From Lytechinus pictus (taxonomy: Eukaryota): a stretch of 64,000 nt of DNA. The notes under the pieces were generated by a model. That model had not been told where the DNA came from. It worked only from the letters and a program-made list of their open reading frames with translations, and searched no databases. Below are positions 38,701 through 48,722 of the stretch, one piece after another (position 1 is the stretch's first letter; every line of letters starts with the position of its first letter). The stretch is from assembly GCF_037042905.1 (NCBI RefSeq), contig NC_087251.1:1862001-1926000 (forward strand), written 5' to 3'. A program made the translations under genes and the position numbers.

Positions 38701-41700
38701 AGTTGTAAGGCGGTCTGGACAATGTCTCTTCTACATGATTTGAATCGACAGAGTGTAAGCAGACATCTAAACTCATTGCAGACAGTCGGAGGCTGATGTA
38801 AAATAAAGAAATAATCAAACTTCGTTATACTGCATATTATCACATGGCCTCTAATAATTGTGCTCGGTTCAAGCACACCCCAAAATCTTCAATATATTTC
38901 CCCTTCTCGGTTTACACGAAAAAAAAATCCTTGACGGTATAACCAAGACAAAAGGTTAATTGATAGATTGTGAAATTGCTTATCATCAAAGTGTAAATCG
39001 GCCATCATTTGTTTGGGATTTTTTGCATTTTAATTTAATTTATTTTAATCAACAATATTGCAAATACCATCAGTAAGAGCAGTTAAGTAGTTATGATATT
39101 ATAACAACATAAATAACTTATCCACAAACCTAAAAAAAAGCCAAACTTCTTATCCATAAGTTTCGTTAAAAAAAAATTGATCTCTATAAATCTTGTTCTT
39201 GAGAAAAGAAAGTGAACTTTCCTCAATAAATGATTTTACACAAAGCGAAAAAGGGTGCTATCGCCACACTTGGGGACCATTTTGGGTTTAAAAAACTCGA
39301 GTAGCCCCCCCCCCCCCCCACCCCACGAAAAAAAAAAGAAAATGGGTCAGGGGAGTCTGAGGGGGGTTAAGGCCCCTTACCCTGGATCAGCACCTACCCT
39401 ACGTTGACCCCTACCTTGTCCTTTGCAGCTCCTCTGGCTACTAGATGATCATGAAGAAGATCATGAATCCAATAGACTCGACATTCATCATATGTAGACC
39501 ATTCTGTCGACACCAAAGACCTCTGAGTAATACCTCTCATCCTATCTTCAACTTCTTCTTTGGAACACTCAACAAGCATCGCTAAGACCTGCATGAAAAA
39601 AAAAAATGTTTGATAATCACCAAGAATCGGTTCACTATAACGGAAACAAACAATTTATGATAAAATGCAACTTATATTCCTAAATGTTTCCATTTCTTAA
39701 TTTCCCGTTGAATGGACAATACCAACACGTAATACAAGCTACATACAACATACTTTTAAATGTTGTCTAAGTGTTCTGGGAAATCGTTAAAGAGTGCTAT
39801 AAGTGACATTCAGGGTTTCTTAAAATATCACTGTAAAAATCGTGATGAAATATTCAGAAAGAAGAAAGATATTAACATTAATACTTTACTTTATAATTTT
39901 CAATAAAAAATAATTATTAACTTCAAACATCATTAAACACAATGAAATAATAACTCACCTGACTTGAAAGTCTAATACCTTCATCAAATACGGCAAACCA
40001 AGAGTAAACTTCGATTTGAGCTTTAGTCAGTTGTTCCACACTCATTTCAATAGCATCATAGACACTACTGTATTCATAGCTGGATTCTGAGGAAAGATCC
40101 TTGAGTTTCTTGGCTTCCATCTTAGCCACATAGAACTGCCATCGATCAGGAAAGTCACGGAGGAGTGCACCTACGATGGAGATGACGAGAGGTGATCCGC
40201 AGCTGAAACCGTGGATGAGCTCAGCTTCGGGAGGAAGATCGTCTAGTGGGATACAAGTCCATTCAGATAAAGCCTTGGTAGACTGGGCTTTAGACAGACC
40301 ATGAGACAGATTCAGCTCTTCTTTATCTCCTGTGGGATAAGAACGTAGCTGAGATATTACATTGTCCTAGGAAGTATGGAGAAACTGTATTTCTAACGAA
40401 AACGGAACGTGCTAGTGTCTCACTTTACTTGAAGTGTGTTGTACAAATATGATATTCTTTGGTTTAGTAATATGTATATTCGTTTCATTTTGTTAACGTT
40501 GGGTTCATCATTTTATAAGTTTATATGATTCCTTTTATTTTTGAACCCCTCATTCTCATGAATTGATTTGTACCTTGTCACAAAACATTTTTTCTACATT
40601 CTATTTATATATGTTCTTTTCCTTTTTTATCGAGAATGTAAAAATGGACTTAATTGAATATATCGTTCAAACTCGTTTAAAAGTTTATTCCATCACACGA
40701 AATGTGTTAATTTGAGTAACACTTTTGAGAACCTGGTCACTTCTTGGCCCGTTTAGATTTAGATATTTATTCCTTAGAGCGTATCAATCTTGTGGATGTT
40801 CTGAATAATAAAATGATATCTTGATATAATGTTCGCATTGATGTTCGCAAACAATCAGGTACAATTTATTGTAACAACTATTAACAAATACCACGCATTT
40901 AGTCTTTTTACGGATACCTGGAATCTATCAACTAGTTTATCATTAAAAAAAAATCTTTTAAAAATAGGATCTGGGAGCAGGCGATCAAGAACGCTGAGAA
41001 CCTTAATAAGCAAAGGTCTCTTGTGTGGGAGAGACCTACTTATATTAACATTGGTTTTAAAGTAAAAAGCCCACAATGACTTGCCTGAAACTCGACTCAT
41101 CACACCGCTATCTCGTGTAGTAATAAGAACAGTGCTACGGACGTCAAATGCTGCCACCACATTTGGAATCCAGATGTCATCCAAGACCAAAAGAGACCTG
41201 TTACAAAACATGTAGTTTTAAATAGGGTTGGAAACTGTATCATTCATTCATGAAAATCGACAAAAATGCAAACATAAACTAGTTGCTACTAAAAAATAAA
41301 ATCATATACAAGATTCGTGTACGAAAGAAGGCGTAAGTCCCTGAAAAATAGTTTTGATGAGATTTTTCCTGTAACACGAAATACCACAAAGAAGGAAGAA
41401 GAACTGAAGGGCTCATCATTATTATTATCAAATAAAAATAGTTACGGCTAATTTTGAAAAAAAATGACAATGAGTTCGATGCTATTCTACTGCTTGTCAT
41501 TGGAAAATCTACAGGTTGTATTCCCTCTCACCTCGGATATCGTTGACTGATGAGTTTAGTTAAGAGATTCTTCCATTGTTCTGTTGTCTTTGGAGGAGAA
41601 GGAGCTGATGATAGATTACTGTCAAAGATTCGACACAATGTCTCTAGACGATCAGGAATACTAGTCTCATCCTTCACCGTACCCATAGACATCCAGAATA

Positions 41701-44700
41701 TACCGTCCGAGAAATGCTCTATTTTTTCGAAATAAGAATTTGAAAAATTAGTGATTCTCAGCACTTTATACCAAATTATATTCACATTTACTCTCGAGAA
41801 ATGGTTTCCATTAGAAAGATATGTATGTGATTTTTTTCAACAGAGTAGAGAAGAATTTTGCTGAAAATTACTGTTCATTCTCATTTTCCTTTTTGTGTAT
41901 CATGATTGCTGAGTTAAAGATTGAAATCTATGTTCACTTTCGTTCATAGTGTGTTATTGTCTATCACAATCGAGCTTTTAGTGACAAAAGTTTTGACCTT
42001 TACAATGTTTAAATCAAATTTCGTGATATATATATTGACAAACTATTCAAAGATCTGTAATATTTCGGTTGTGATTTATTATTATTATTATAATTTTTTT
42101 TTTTTGGGGGGGGGGAGGGGGGGGGGGTGGCCCCAAGCCACTGACGTAAATCCTTGCGTCACACCCATTGTACAGGGGGATGGAACACTAGATCATCTCC
42201 CCGCCTGAACAATAGGTGTGACGCAAGGATTTACGCCCAGTGCCCCAAGCTCCCCTATCTTTATGCCAGCGGTTAAAGGTGTACTCCGGGCTGAAGATAA
42301 TAATATCTCAATAAATAGAGTAAAATTCACAAAGCAAAATGCTGAAAATTTCATCAAAATCGGATAACATATAACGAAGTTATTGAATTTTAAAGACTTG
42401 CACTATTCCGGTGAAACAGTTCTAGGCATGTCCTCATAAATATTCATTAGGTGAACTGATGACGTCATATCCCCACCTGTAATTTTGTATTTTATTATAT
42501 GAAATTAGGTTTATTCATAGTTTTTCTATACTTAGAACTGAAACAGTTGGATTGACAACTGATTAAGTGCATTAGTTATTTATTGCTGCAACTCATTTCG
42601 CCATAATGGAGGCACATCATTTACACATGTATGAAAAAGGAAACAATTATGATTTCTTGTAATAATATAAGAAAAAGGAAAGTGGGGATGTGACACCATC
42701 AGCCCACCTAATGAATATTCATGACGTGCATATGACTGTTTTCACAAAATATTGCTAAATTTTAAATTCAATAACTATGTTATTTGTTATCCGATTTTGA
42801 TGAAATTTTCAGCATTTTGCTCTGTGAATTTTATTCTATATATTTAGATATATATTTTCTTTTTCAGCCCAGACTATCCCTTTAAGATGCATATAATAAA
42901 CAGGTACTTCATGAATAAGTTTTTGGTTTTTTTTTACAGTAACTGCGACTTACCTTCTACAAGTTTATCATCTCTGACAGCCTGATTAGCCAAGACTGTT
43001 TTACCCATTCCTCCCATACCATACACCACCACCCATCGGCTAGGTTTATCCGAAGAAGCAACTCTACGTAGTTTACCCCTCAGTTCAGCTAATTCTGTTG
43101 GTCTCTCTGTTAAACAGTCAGGCAAGGCAGGGACGTTGCCTTCATTCAGTTTATCTTCAACTAGAAAAATAAATAAATGACATTCATTTTTATTTCAAGT
43201 GATGAATTGTTATTAGAAAATTGTAATAAAACTAAGATTGTAAGAAGACGAATAAATGTCTAATCGATATCTATTCACAATCTGAAGGGTGCTCGTTAAC
43301 CCCATGTCAGCAAATTACACAGAAGGTATATTCATGAAGTATTATATAATGTACCCATATTTGGAATTCTAAGAATAATTTTTCCCATGTACATGAATGT
43401 TAAGTGGTAAAGTTTCAAACGATTTCTTAAAGTGATATTCAATAATGGAAGTCATTTTTACCTGATATGGTCCGTAAAGCAGCGTTGCAAAGTCCAAGTT
43501 CTGTAGTAAATGACATTGATAGATGAAATGTACTTTTAATAATTGCATTCAGCAATATCAAGCTATCATAGTAGAACATTATTCTCACGAATAGTGCATT
43601 GATGCGGCAAGACAGAATAAGACGGAAGACCGAAGCGAGGAGGCAACCAAAACTTTTTTAAATCAATATTCCGTCGAAGTTAAGTTTGATTTCATGCCGA
43701 AATACAGTACAACGTTTATTTTTTATTCATTTTTCAAAAAATCTGGTGGGTTTCCAGCCCCAATCCACACTCTACCAATGCGACCGTGTATAAAAGATTT
43801 TACAAACAACACGGAAGTAATCAATCAAATTGACTAGATCAGTAGTCAGGTGGGTGCAACTGATATGTATAGTCACATTTCTGACGGATATCCTAGTCGG
43901 AAATAACTCTTTCCTAGTAAAATACGAGAAGAAAATGGTCAAATATAAATAGAATAACAGTTGCACCCAGCTGACCAAATTCACTCGTCATTTTGACTGA
44001 TTTGTTTTGAGAGCAGGCGCGGATCTAGGAGGGGGCCGAGCCGGCCCCGCCCCCCCCCCTATTTTTTGACAACCTGCAGAAAACGTGTACTATAGGAAAA
44101 GCACTAAAGAAAAGTAGGAAAGAGGCATCATACCCAGGATGTGTAATTTACAACCTCGTAACGGCCGGCCCGACCCCGAAAGGAAACAAGAAAAGGGTGA
44201 GGGGAAGAATTGGAAAAATAACTTTATATAAAAAATTTCGCTCGCGCTTTGCGCTCGCATTGCCTGTGCCAATGAATCCCATTCAAGAGGATTAAATGAC
44301 ACTGATATATCCAGATCTGAAATCAATTTGCACACAATATTTTAGCTCGCACATCAAGCTTTAATTATTTTGTTTGTTTTACACAAATTGTTTATATCAA
44401 AATTTTCAGCTCGCGCTGCGCGCTCGCATTGTTTGATTTGTGAGTTACGTATCCTCTTTGGAAATTCTTACCAAAATTTGTCAAAATGCTCCTTTATCAT
44501 GTCAGTATATAAAAAAATTGAGCTTGTGCTTCGCGCTCGCATTTAATTGTTTGAGACACACAGCTTTTTCTGTATTTAAATAAAAACGCGCTTAGACTGT
44601 CCAGTTTTCAGGTCGGAATATCAAAAATTTTGAGCTCGCGCTTCGCACTATCATTATTTAATTGGTGATACTTGTATCCTCTTCATTAATCAATAAAAAC

Positions 44701-45581
44701 AGTCCTAATTGAGTCCCTTTTCACGTTACTATGATAAAATTTCGGCTCGCGCTTCGCGCTCGCATTGTTTAGTTGGATACTTATCTTTTTCATGATTATA
44801 AAATCTCCTCAGAATCTTCAGGTCTAAGGACATAAAATATCAAAGAATTTGAGCTCGCGCTTCGCGCTCGCATTATATACCTTATCTAGTTTATAACAAT
44901 AAAAACTAACATATACTTAAAACTTCAGTCTCTAGTTAGGACTACCCCCTGAACCCCCCCCCCCAAAAAAAAAAAAAAAAAAAATCAGATTATAGCGGCC
45001 AATCGAGAAAAATGTTGATGAAAATATTTTTCGGCCCCCCCTATTGGCGAAAGCTGGATCCGCCCCTGGAGAGTGTATGTTTCAAAGAGTAAACCGCAAT
45101 TCTAACTATTATTGTTATTGTTAATACCATATAGTCATCGCTATAGCTATGTATAAACACTCATTTGGACAATAGGCCTATAATATTTTAAAGAATACTG
45201 AAATGTAACGTGATTTCCAGCTATACCAGCCTAGATCTTTTTTCAACAGATGGTATTTGATAAGTTCTTTTCACCTGATTGCAACCAATCTGCTGCTTCT
45301 GAGTTCTTGCTGTCTCTCAGAGACTGGATAAGAATTTGTGGCTTGGCTTCATGTCCTTCCCGCCTTTTCCATTCGGTCAACATTCTATACAAACATTCCG
45401 ATATCACTCCAAGATGCGATCGTTCAATCTGAGATAGTCTGTTTTCAGTGAATCCAAGACGGATACCAAGAGGACGGTAATCATTGGGATGGAGGTGTTC
45501 AGCCAGCTCCATCATTAAGATATCACTCAAGGAGGCCCCTATGGCATGGAAACCATGAGTTGGTGGTGAAGGGGATGCCAT
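14355..45581 (-). CDS. Apaf-1-like protein, DEATH domain + NB-ARC + WD40 repeats (~21 coding exons, ~1195 aa)
   Basis: Phase-consistent exon chain: 45581-45275, 43500-43462 (optional 39 nt), 43160-42954, 41718-41532, 41197-41085, 40329-39959, 39588-39415, 38792-38623, 28770-28647, 28189-27914, 27542-27417, 26434-26166 (or -26183), 25571-25457, 23706-23578, 21494-21354, 20710-20558, 16835-16695, 16267-16142, 15755-15636, 15103-14984, 14534-14355 (TGA). Motifs: Walker A GMGGMGKT, Walker B LLVLDDIW, sensor ITTR, GSPL, IHDLL, and the Apaf-1-like C-terminus FITVDELGHLFLL. Confidence 0.9.
17060..20220. repeat. ~29-bp satellite (CTGGTCATCCATTTATCTCTCGTCACCCA) in two oppositely oriented arrays
   Basis: Forward units ~17060-17640, spacer ~17640-17770, reverse-complement units ~17770-20220, with higher-order blocks in ~17900-18750. 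Confidence 0.92.
21714..23322. mobile_element. Foldback (TU/Mutator-like) element with 15-bp (GGACAATTACCCCCC)n arms, 9-bp TSD
   Basis: AGATAAACG|GGTTCTAGGACAA ... TTGTCCTGATACC|AGCTAAACG. Arms 21714-21980 and 22810-23322 are inverted. Confidence 0.85.
24370..25480. repeat. 62-bp minisatellite, ~18 near-identical copies
   Basis: Unit AAAACATAACGTGAGTTGAGAAAGGAGCGAGTATTACCGGTGTTAGTCCACATTCTAGT(ACT/GTT); period 62 seen directly. Confidence 0.97.
26841..27236. mobile_element. MITE with short TIRs
   Basis: GGGTCACGTAACACAAAGGTTAG ... CTAAGGTTTGTGTTACGGGCCC inverted ends; AT-rich interior. Confidence 0.6.
28346..28485. repeat. Palindromic element with perfect spacerless core 28401-28462
   Basis: CACTTCGGAGTGCTGATTTTTCTAGTTCAAATTTGAACTAGAAAAATCAGCACTCCGAAGTG is self-complementary; outer ACTCTAAAAAACGAAG / CTTCGTTTTTTTAGAGT. 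Confidence 0.85.
28985..29835. repeat. Compound (GAT)n/(GGT)n microsatellite with recurring AGTGATGGG motif
   Basis: ~850 bp of GAT runs punctuated by GGTAGTGATGGG; intronic. Confidence 0.95.
30878..34872. mobile_element. ~4-kb foldback (TU/Mutator-like) element with 15-bp (GACAATTGCTCCGCC)n arms, 8-bp TSD
   Basis: GCAAAACA|GGTGACCCGACAATTGC ... GCAATTGTCATGGAACC|GCAAAACA. Arms 30878-31300 and 34516-34872 mirror each other, including variant units. Confidence 0.88.
35086..37844. mobile_element. Non-autonomous TGT...ACA DNA transposon (Ginger-like) with long repeat-containing TIRs
   Basis: CCCC|TGTTACACCCACAAATGTAAT ... ATTACATTTGTGGGTGCAACA|CCCC. About 250-300 bp of near-perfect TIR with (CCCACAAATGTAATAA)n; interior of ~56-bp TTCCAGACCCGG repeats in both orientations. 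Confidence 0.8.
38623..43160 (-). CDS. Apaf-1-like gene: NB-ARC / HD1 / WHD exons (6 exons)
   Basis: EGNVPALP...WVVVYGMGGMGKTVLANQAVRD | HFSDGIFWMSMG...LETLCR | SLLVLDDIW...VLITTRD | ...CGSPLVISIVGALLRDFPDRWQFY...SSYEYSSVYDAIEMSV | ...RSLV...YWIHDLLHDHL | ...DIVQTALQLPPSSTVYRRA; closely follows the Apaf-1 NB-ARC sequence. Confidence 0.93.
42139..42242. mobile_element. 104-bp hAT-like MITE, 8-bp TSD
   Basis: CCCCAAGC|CACTGACGTAAATCCTTGCGTCACACC ... GGTGTGACGCAAGGATTTACGCCCAGTG|CCCCAAGC. Confidence 0.85.
42277..42881. mobile_element. TTAA-flanked MITE (Kolobok-like), related to 6696-7304
   Basis: TTAA|AGGTGTACTCCGGGCTGAA ... TTCAGCCCAGACTATCCCT|TTAA. Shares CTGAAAATTTCATCAAAATCGGAT subterminal inverted repeats with the 6.7-kb element. 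Confidence 0.8.
44014..45068. mobile_element. GC-rich-TIR non-autonomous DNA element with internal GCTCGCGCTTCGCGCTCGC repeats
   Basis: CAGGCGCGGATCTAG ... CTGGATCCGCCCCTG termini, GAGAG on both flanks; ~110-120-bp periodic internal motif. Confidence 0.7.
45275..45581 (-). CDS. Apaf-1-like gene exon 1: DEATH domain
   Basis: LSDILMMELAEHLHPNDYRPLGIRLGFTENRLSQIE...ECLYRMLTEWKRREGHEAKPQILIQSLRDSKNSEAADWLQ fits the death-domain pattern (LG..LG...I...ML..W...L..L). In-frame TAA four codons upstream of the ATG; phase-1 donor G|GTGAAA. Confidence 0.85.
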
Positions 45582-46139
45582 GCTGGTAGATTATAACACC
45601 AATCAACGAAGATTCTGTTTTGAAAAGTCGTGAAAAGGGTATAATTATATATAATATAGATTGCTTAATATTGTTCACTATCCGCTCGCACAAATATAAT
45701 ATGGCATCATACCAAGGTATCGTATCATATTTATTCTTATATGAAATGCAAGTTTGACATATTGTTTTTTATTATTTAAAGGAGTATGCCTTAACACTAT
45801 ATACATAAAATAATGTGTGTTGGAGAAGTAGACTCCGATTTGATCGGTGTCCTCTTAATGATTTATTTTGCAAACTGTAACGGTTGATAAAAGGAAATGA
45901 CACACATTTCCATAATCTATCAAAGGTTTCAAAACAAAAATGGAAATAGTGAACCTAGGTTGATAGCAGCGAGTATTGAGACTTTCAACTCAATGTTGTT
46001 GTTTTTCTTAATTCTAAATTATTTTTTATCAATCTGTGTGTGTTAATTGGACAATCGTAACAAAAACTTTTCTCTTTGTGAAAGTAAAAATAACATAATG
46101 ATTATAAAAGCTGCAATGATCAAAGCATAGGTTAAATGA

Positions 46140-47832
46140 TGAAATGCAATCAGCATACAAGACAAACTTTAGCACAGAAACAGCCCTTTTGAGGCTTCAG
46201 GACTTTGTTTTATCTGCTTTTGATCAACGACGTGGGTTTTTTCTTGTGAATCTAAATTATGTGTAAAGGATACTGTGCTAAAGTGGATGAGATCTTATTT
46301 GTCAGGATGGTCATCCCAAGTTGTAATTGAGGGCGATCTATCTGAATCTCTACCATTACAATTTGGTGTCCCTCAGGGGTCGGTGCTTGGCCCCATCTTG
46401 TATACAAGTTATATTACACCAATTTCAGATATAATTAAACGTTATAACCTTCATTATACTGTATATGCTGATGATATCCAAACCTTTACTCATTTTGATA
46501 ATGTTAATCATAATAATGTCTTGTCAAATATTGCTGCATGTATTAATGAAATAAGAACATGGATGTCTGCCAACTTTCTACGTCTCAATGTCCAAAAGAC
46601 TTCATTGCCTTCACACGTACTCCATTATCCACAACTAATCTTAGTACTCTAAAAGTAGGTAATGATGTCATTCCATTGTCACGTAGTGTAGTCAATCTTG
46701 GTGTTACTCTAGATTCATCCTTTTCTTTGACCAATCATATTAGCAATGTAGTACGCACATGCAATTATCATATAAGAAACATGTGGCGAATGAGACGTTT
46801 TATAGATCAGAAGACATGTCATCATGCTGTTCAAGCTCTGATAATTTCCAGACGATTACTGTAATGGTCTGTTTTCTCTCTTGTCTGCCAAAGATGTAAG
46901 GCGCCTACAAGGTGTCCAAAATCAGGCAGCCAGACTTATTTTTAAGTTAGGACGGCAAGCACAAACTTCTTCTTATTTAAGACAATTACACTGGCTGCCT
47001 ATTGCTCGTAGAATTGATTTCAAACTTTGTCTATATGTACATACATTTTTCACCAATCAAACTCCATCTTATTTCAACAGCAATCTATCAGTCTACACAC
47101 CCAGACGCACACTCCGATCATCAGATGACAAGACCCAATTATTAAAACCAAGATTCCTCTTCACACTCGTCGGCAAACGCTTTGGAATAGTAGCACCCAA
47201 TATTTGGAACAACATACCAAAAAGCATTCGTGAACCCAATACCCCTACGTTTAAAGGCGACCGCACACCTTACGATTGGTCTGCGACCCGATTTCAGAAT
47301 AAAATGTTGTAGAATTTGATGCTAATATTGAGACTTGGAATATCTTACTGTGTAATGTTCAAAATCATCGTACGAATACCTATATTCAAATCTGTGACTA
47401 TGCTATCATCCTTCTTAGAATAAAAGCGAATTTAATATCTAGTCGTAATGACGTCATAGCAGTCGTACGATTGGCTACGATTTGAAACTAATTTGGCCTT
47501 TACTCAAAAAAAAAAAGGTTTGCAATCTTTCAAAATGGTTATATTAGTATTCTCTCAATTAATTTTAACCTCAAATAAAATGATATGTTCAGTTCACATT
47601 TTCAGAAAATGAGCAGAGTGCGATTTGTTCCAAAATCGGATCGCGAACAGTCGTAAGGTGTGCGGTGGCCTTTAGAAGCACCTGAAGTCATATTTCTTTA
47701 ATGCATGATTTATTTTGTTTGTATGGTTTATGATTATGTTGTATTATTATTGTATTCAATGTAAATTTTTGTAAAGCGCTATGGCACAAACGTGAATAGC
47801 GTTTCTAAATACAAGTATTATCATTATTATTA
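46140..47832 (+). mobile_element. 5'-truncated, frameshifted L2-clade LINE (RT domain + 3' tail)
   Basis: QSAYK..STETALL, GVPQGSVLGPILY, YADD, NLGVTLD, LHWLPIARRIDFK, APNIWN; ends in an AT-rich (ATT)n tail. Confidence 0.88.
47255..47671. mobile_element. Kolobok-like MITE inserted into the L2 LINE
   Basis: TTAA|AGGCGACCGCACACCTTACGA ... TCGTAAGGTGTGCGGTGGCCT|TTAG; interrupts the LINE TFK/KHLKSY motif. Confidence 0.8.
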
Positions 47833-48484
47833 TAAAGTAAACGTCAAAAGAACAATTTTCAATAGTATCCAGCTGAGAAATCGTTTATTTGTCTTCGTAT
47901 CTGCAAATGTAACATTCTTTTTGTCAATGTGAATATTACTTACATGAAGAAAAAAAACAAAGAACCAATTTAAGTCACGAAGAGTAAGATACCAAAGTAT
48001 TATGACGGTGCCATGAGAAGAGGTGGGTGATAGGGCAGTATGTCTCATGATACCCCCCACCACGAATTGTCATTTTTTGCCTTTCTTTATCACATCAACT
48101 GTTTTAGTCCGGAGATCATTTTAATTTGGTGTGCTTTCCTTTCATGAGCAAAACATTATCACTCTACATGTATAACTTTCACTTTGAAAGAAGTGGTCCA
48201 AATCACACTCCTTGACGAGCGAGTAAAACAGTGGGAGTATAACGTGCCTATACCCCACTACGAGGATAACAAAATGACGTGTATTCAGACCAGGAAACTT
48301 TATAAGCCGATATCCTCGATAACATGTATATTGAAGGTTTCGATCCAGAACTTTCGATCACTTCGATATTTTTTTTATTCGAGTTCGCAAAGGATACGAA
48401 ATATTGATAGCGAATGTGGCTTTGTTTATTACTAAATCTGGTATACTATGATTAAACACAAAATGATTTTACTACATTCTTTTT

Positions 48485-48722
48485 CAGGGGCCGCGGCACG
48501 GGGGGGGGGGGGGCTAGGGTGTTTGAGCCCCCCCCCCCCCACTTTTTCAAAACCATGTATAAAAATACAATTTTATTGTGATTTTTTTGCTTGGTATGCC
48601 GCCCCCCTCCCCGTTACGGCATATTTTGGTAAATTGCACATTTTGGTAATCTACCACAATGTGCCGTACCCCCCCCCCCCCCTTCGGCGTAGCCAACTCT
48701 GATAACAGTTCCGCGGCCCCTG
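48485..48722. mobile_element. Short GC-rich-TIR MITE (similar copy at ~34196-34350)
   Basis: CAGGGGCCGCGG ... CCGCGGCCCCTG termini. Confidence 0.65.

Noticed and set aside
45275..45581. Sea-urchin-type NLR (DD-NACHT-LRR) assignment
   Set aside because: The NTPase motifs are NB-ARC/Apaf-1 type and the C-terminal repeats are WD40, not LRR.
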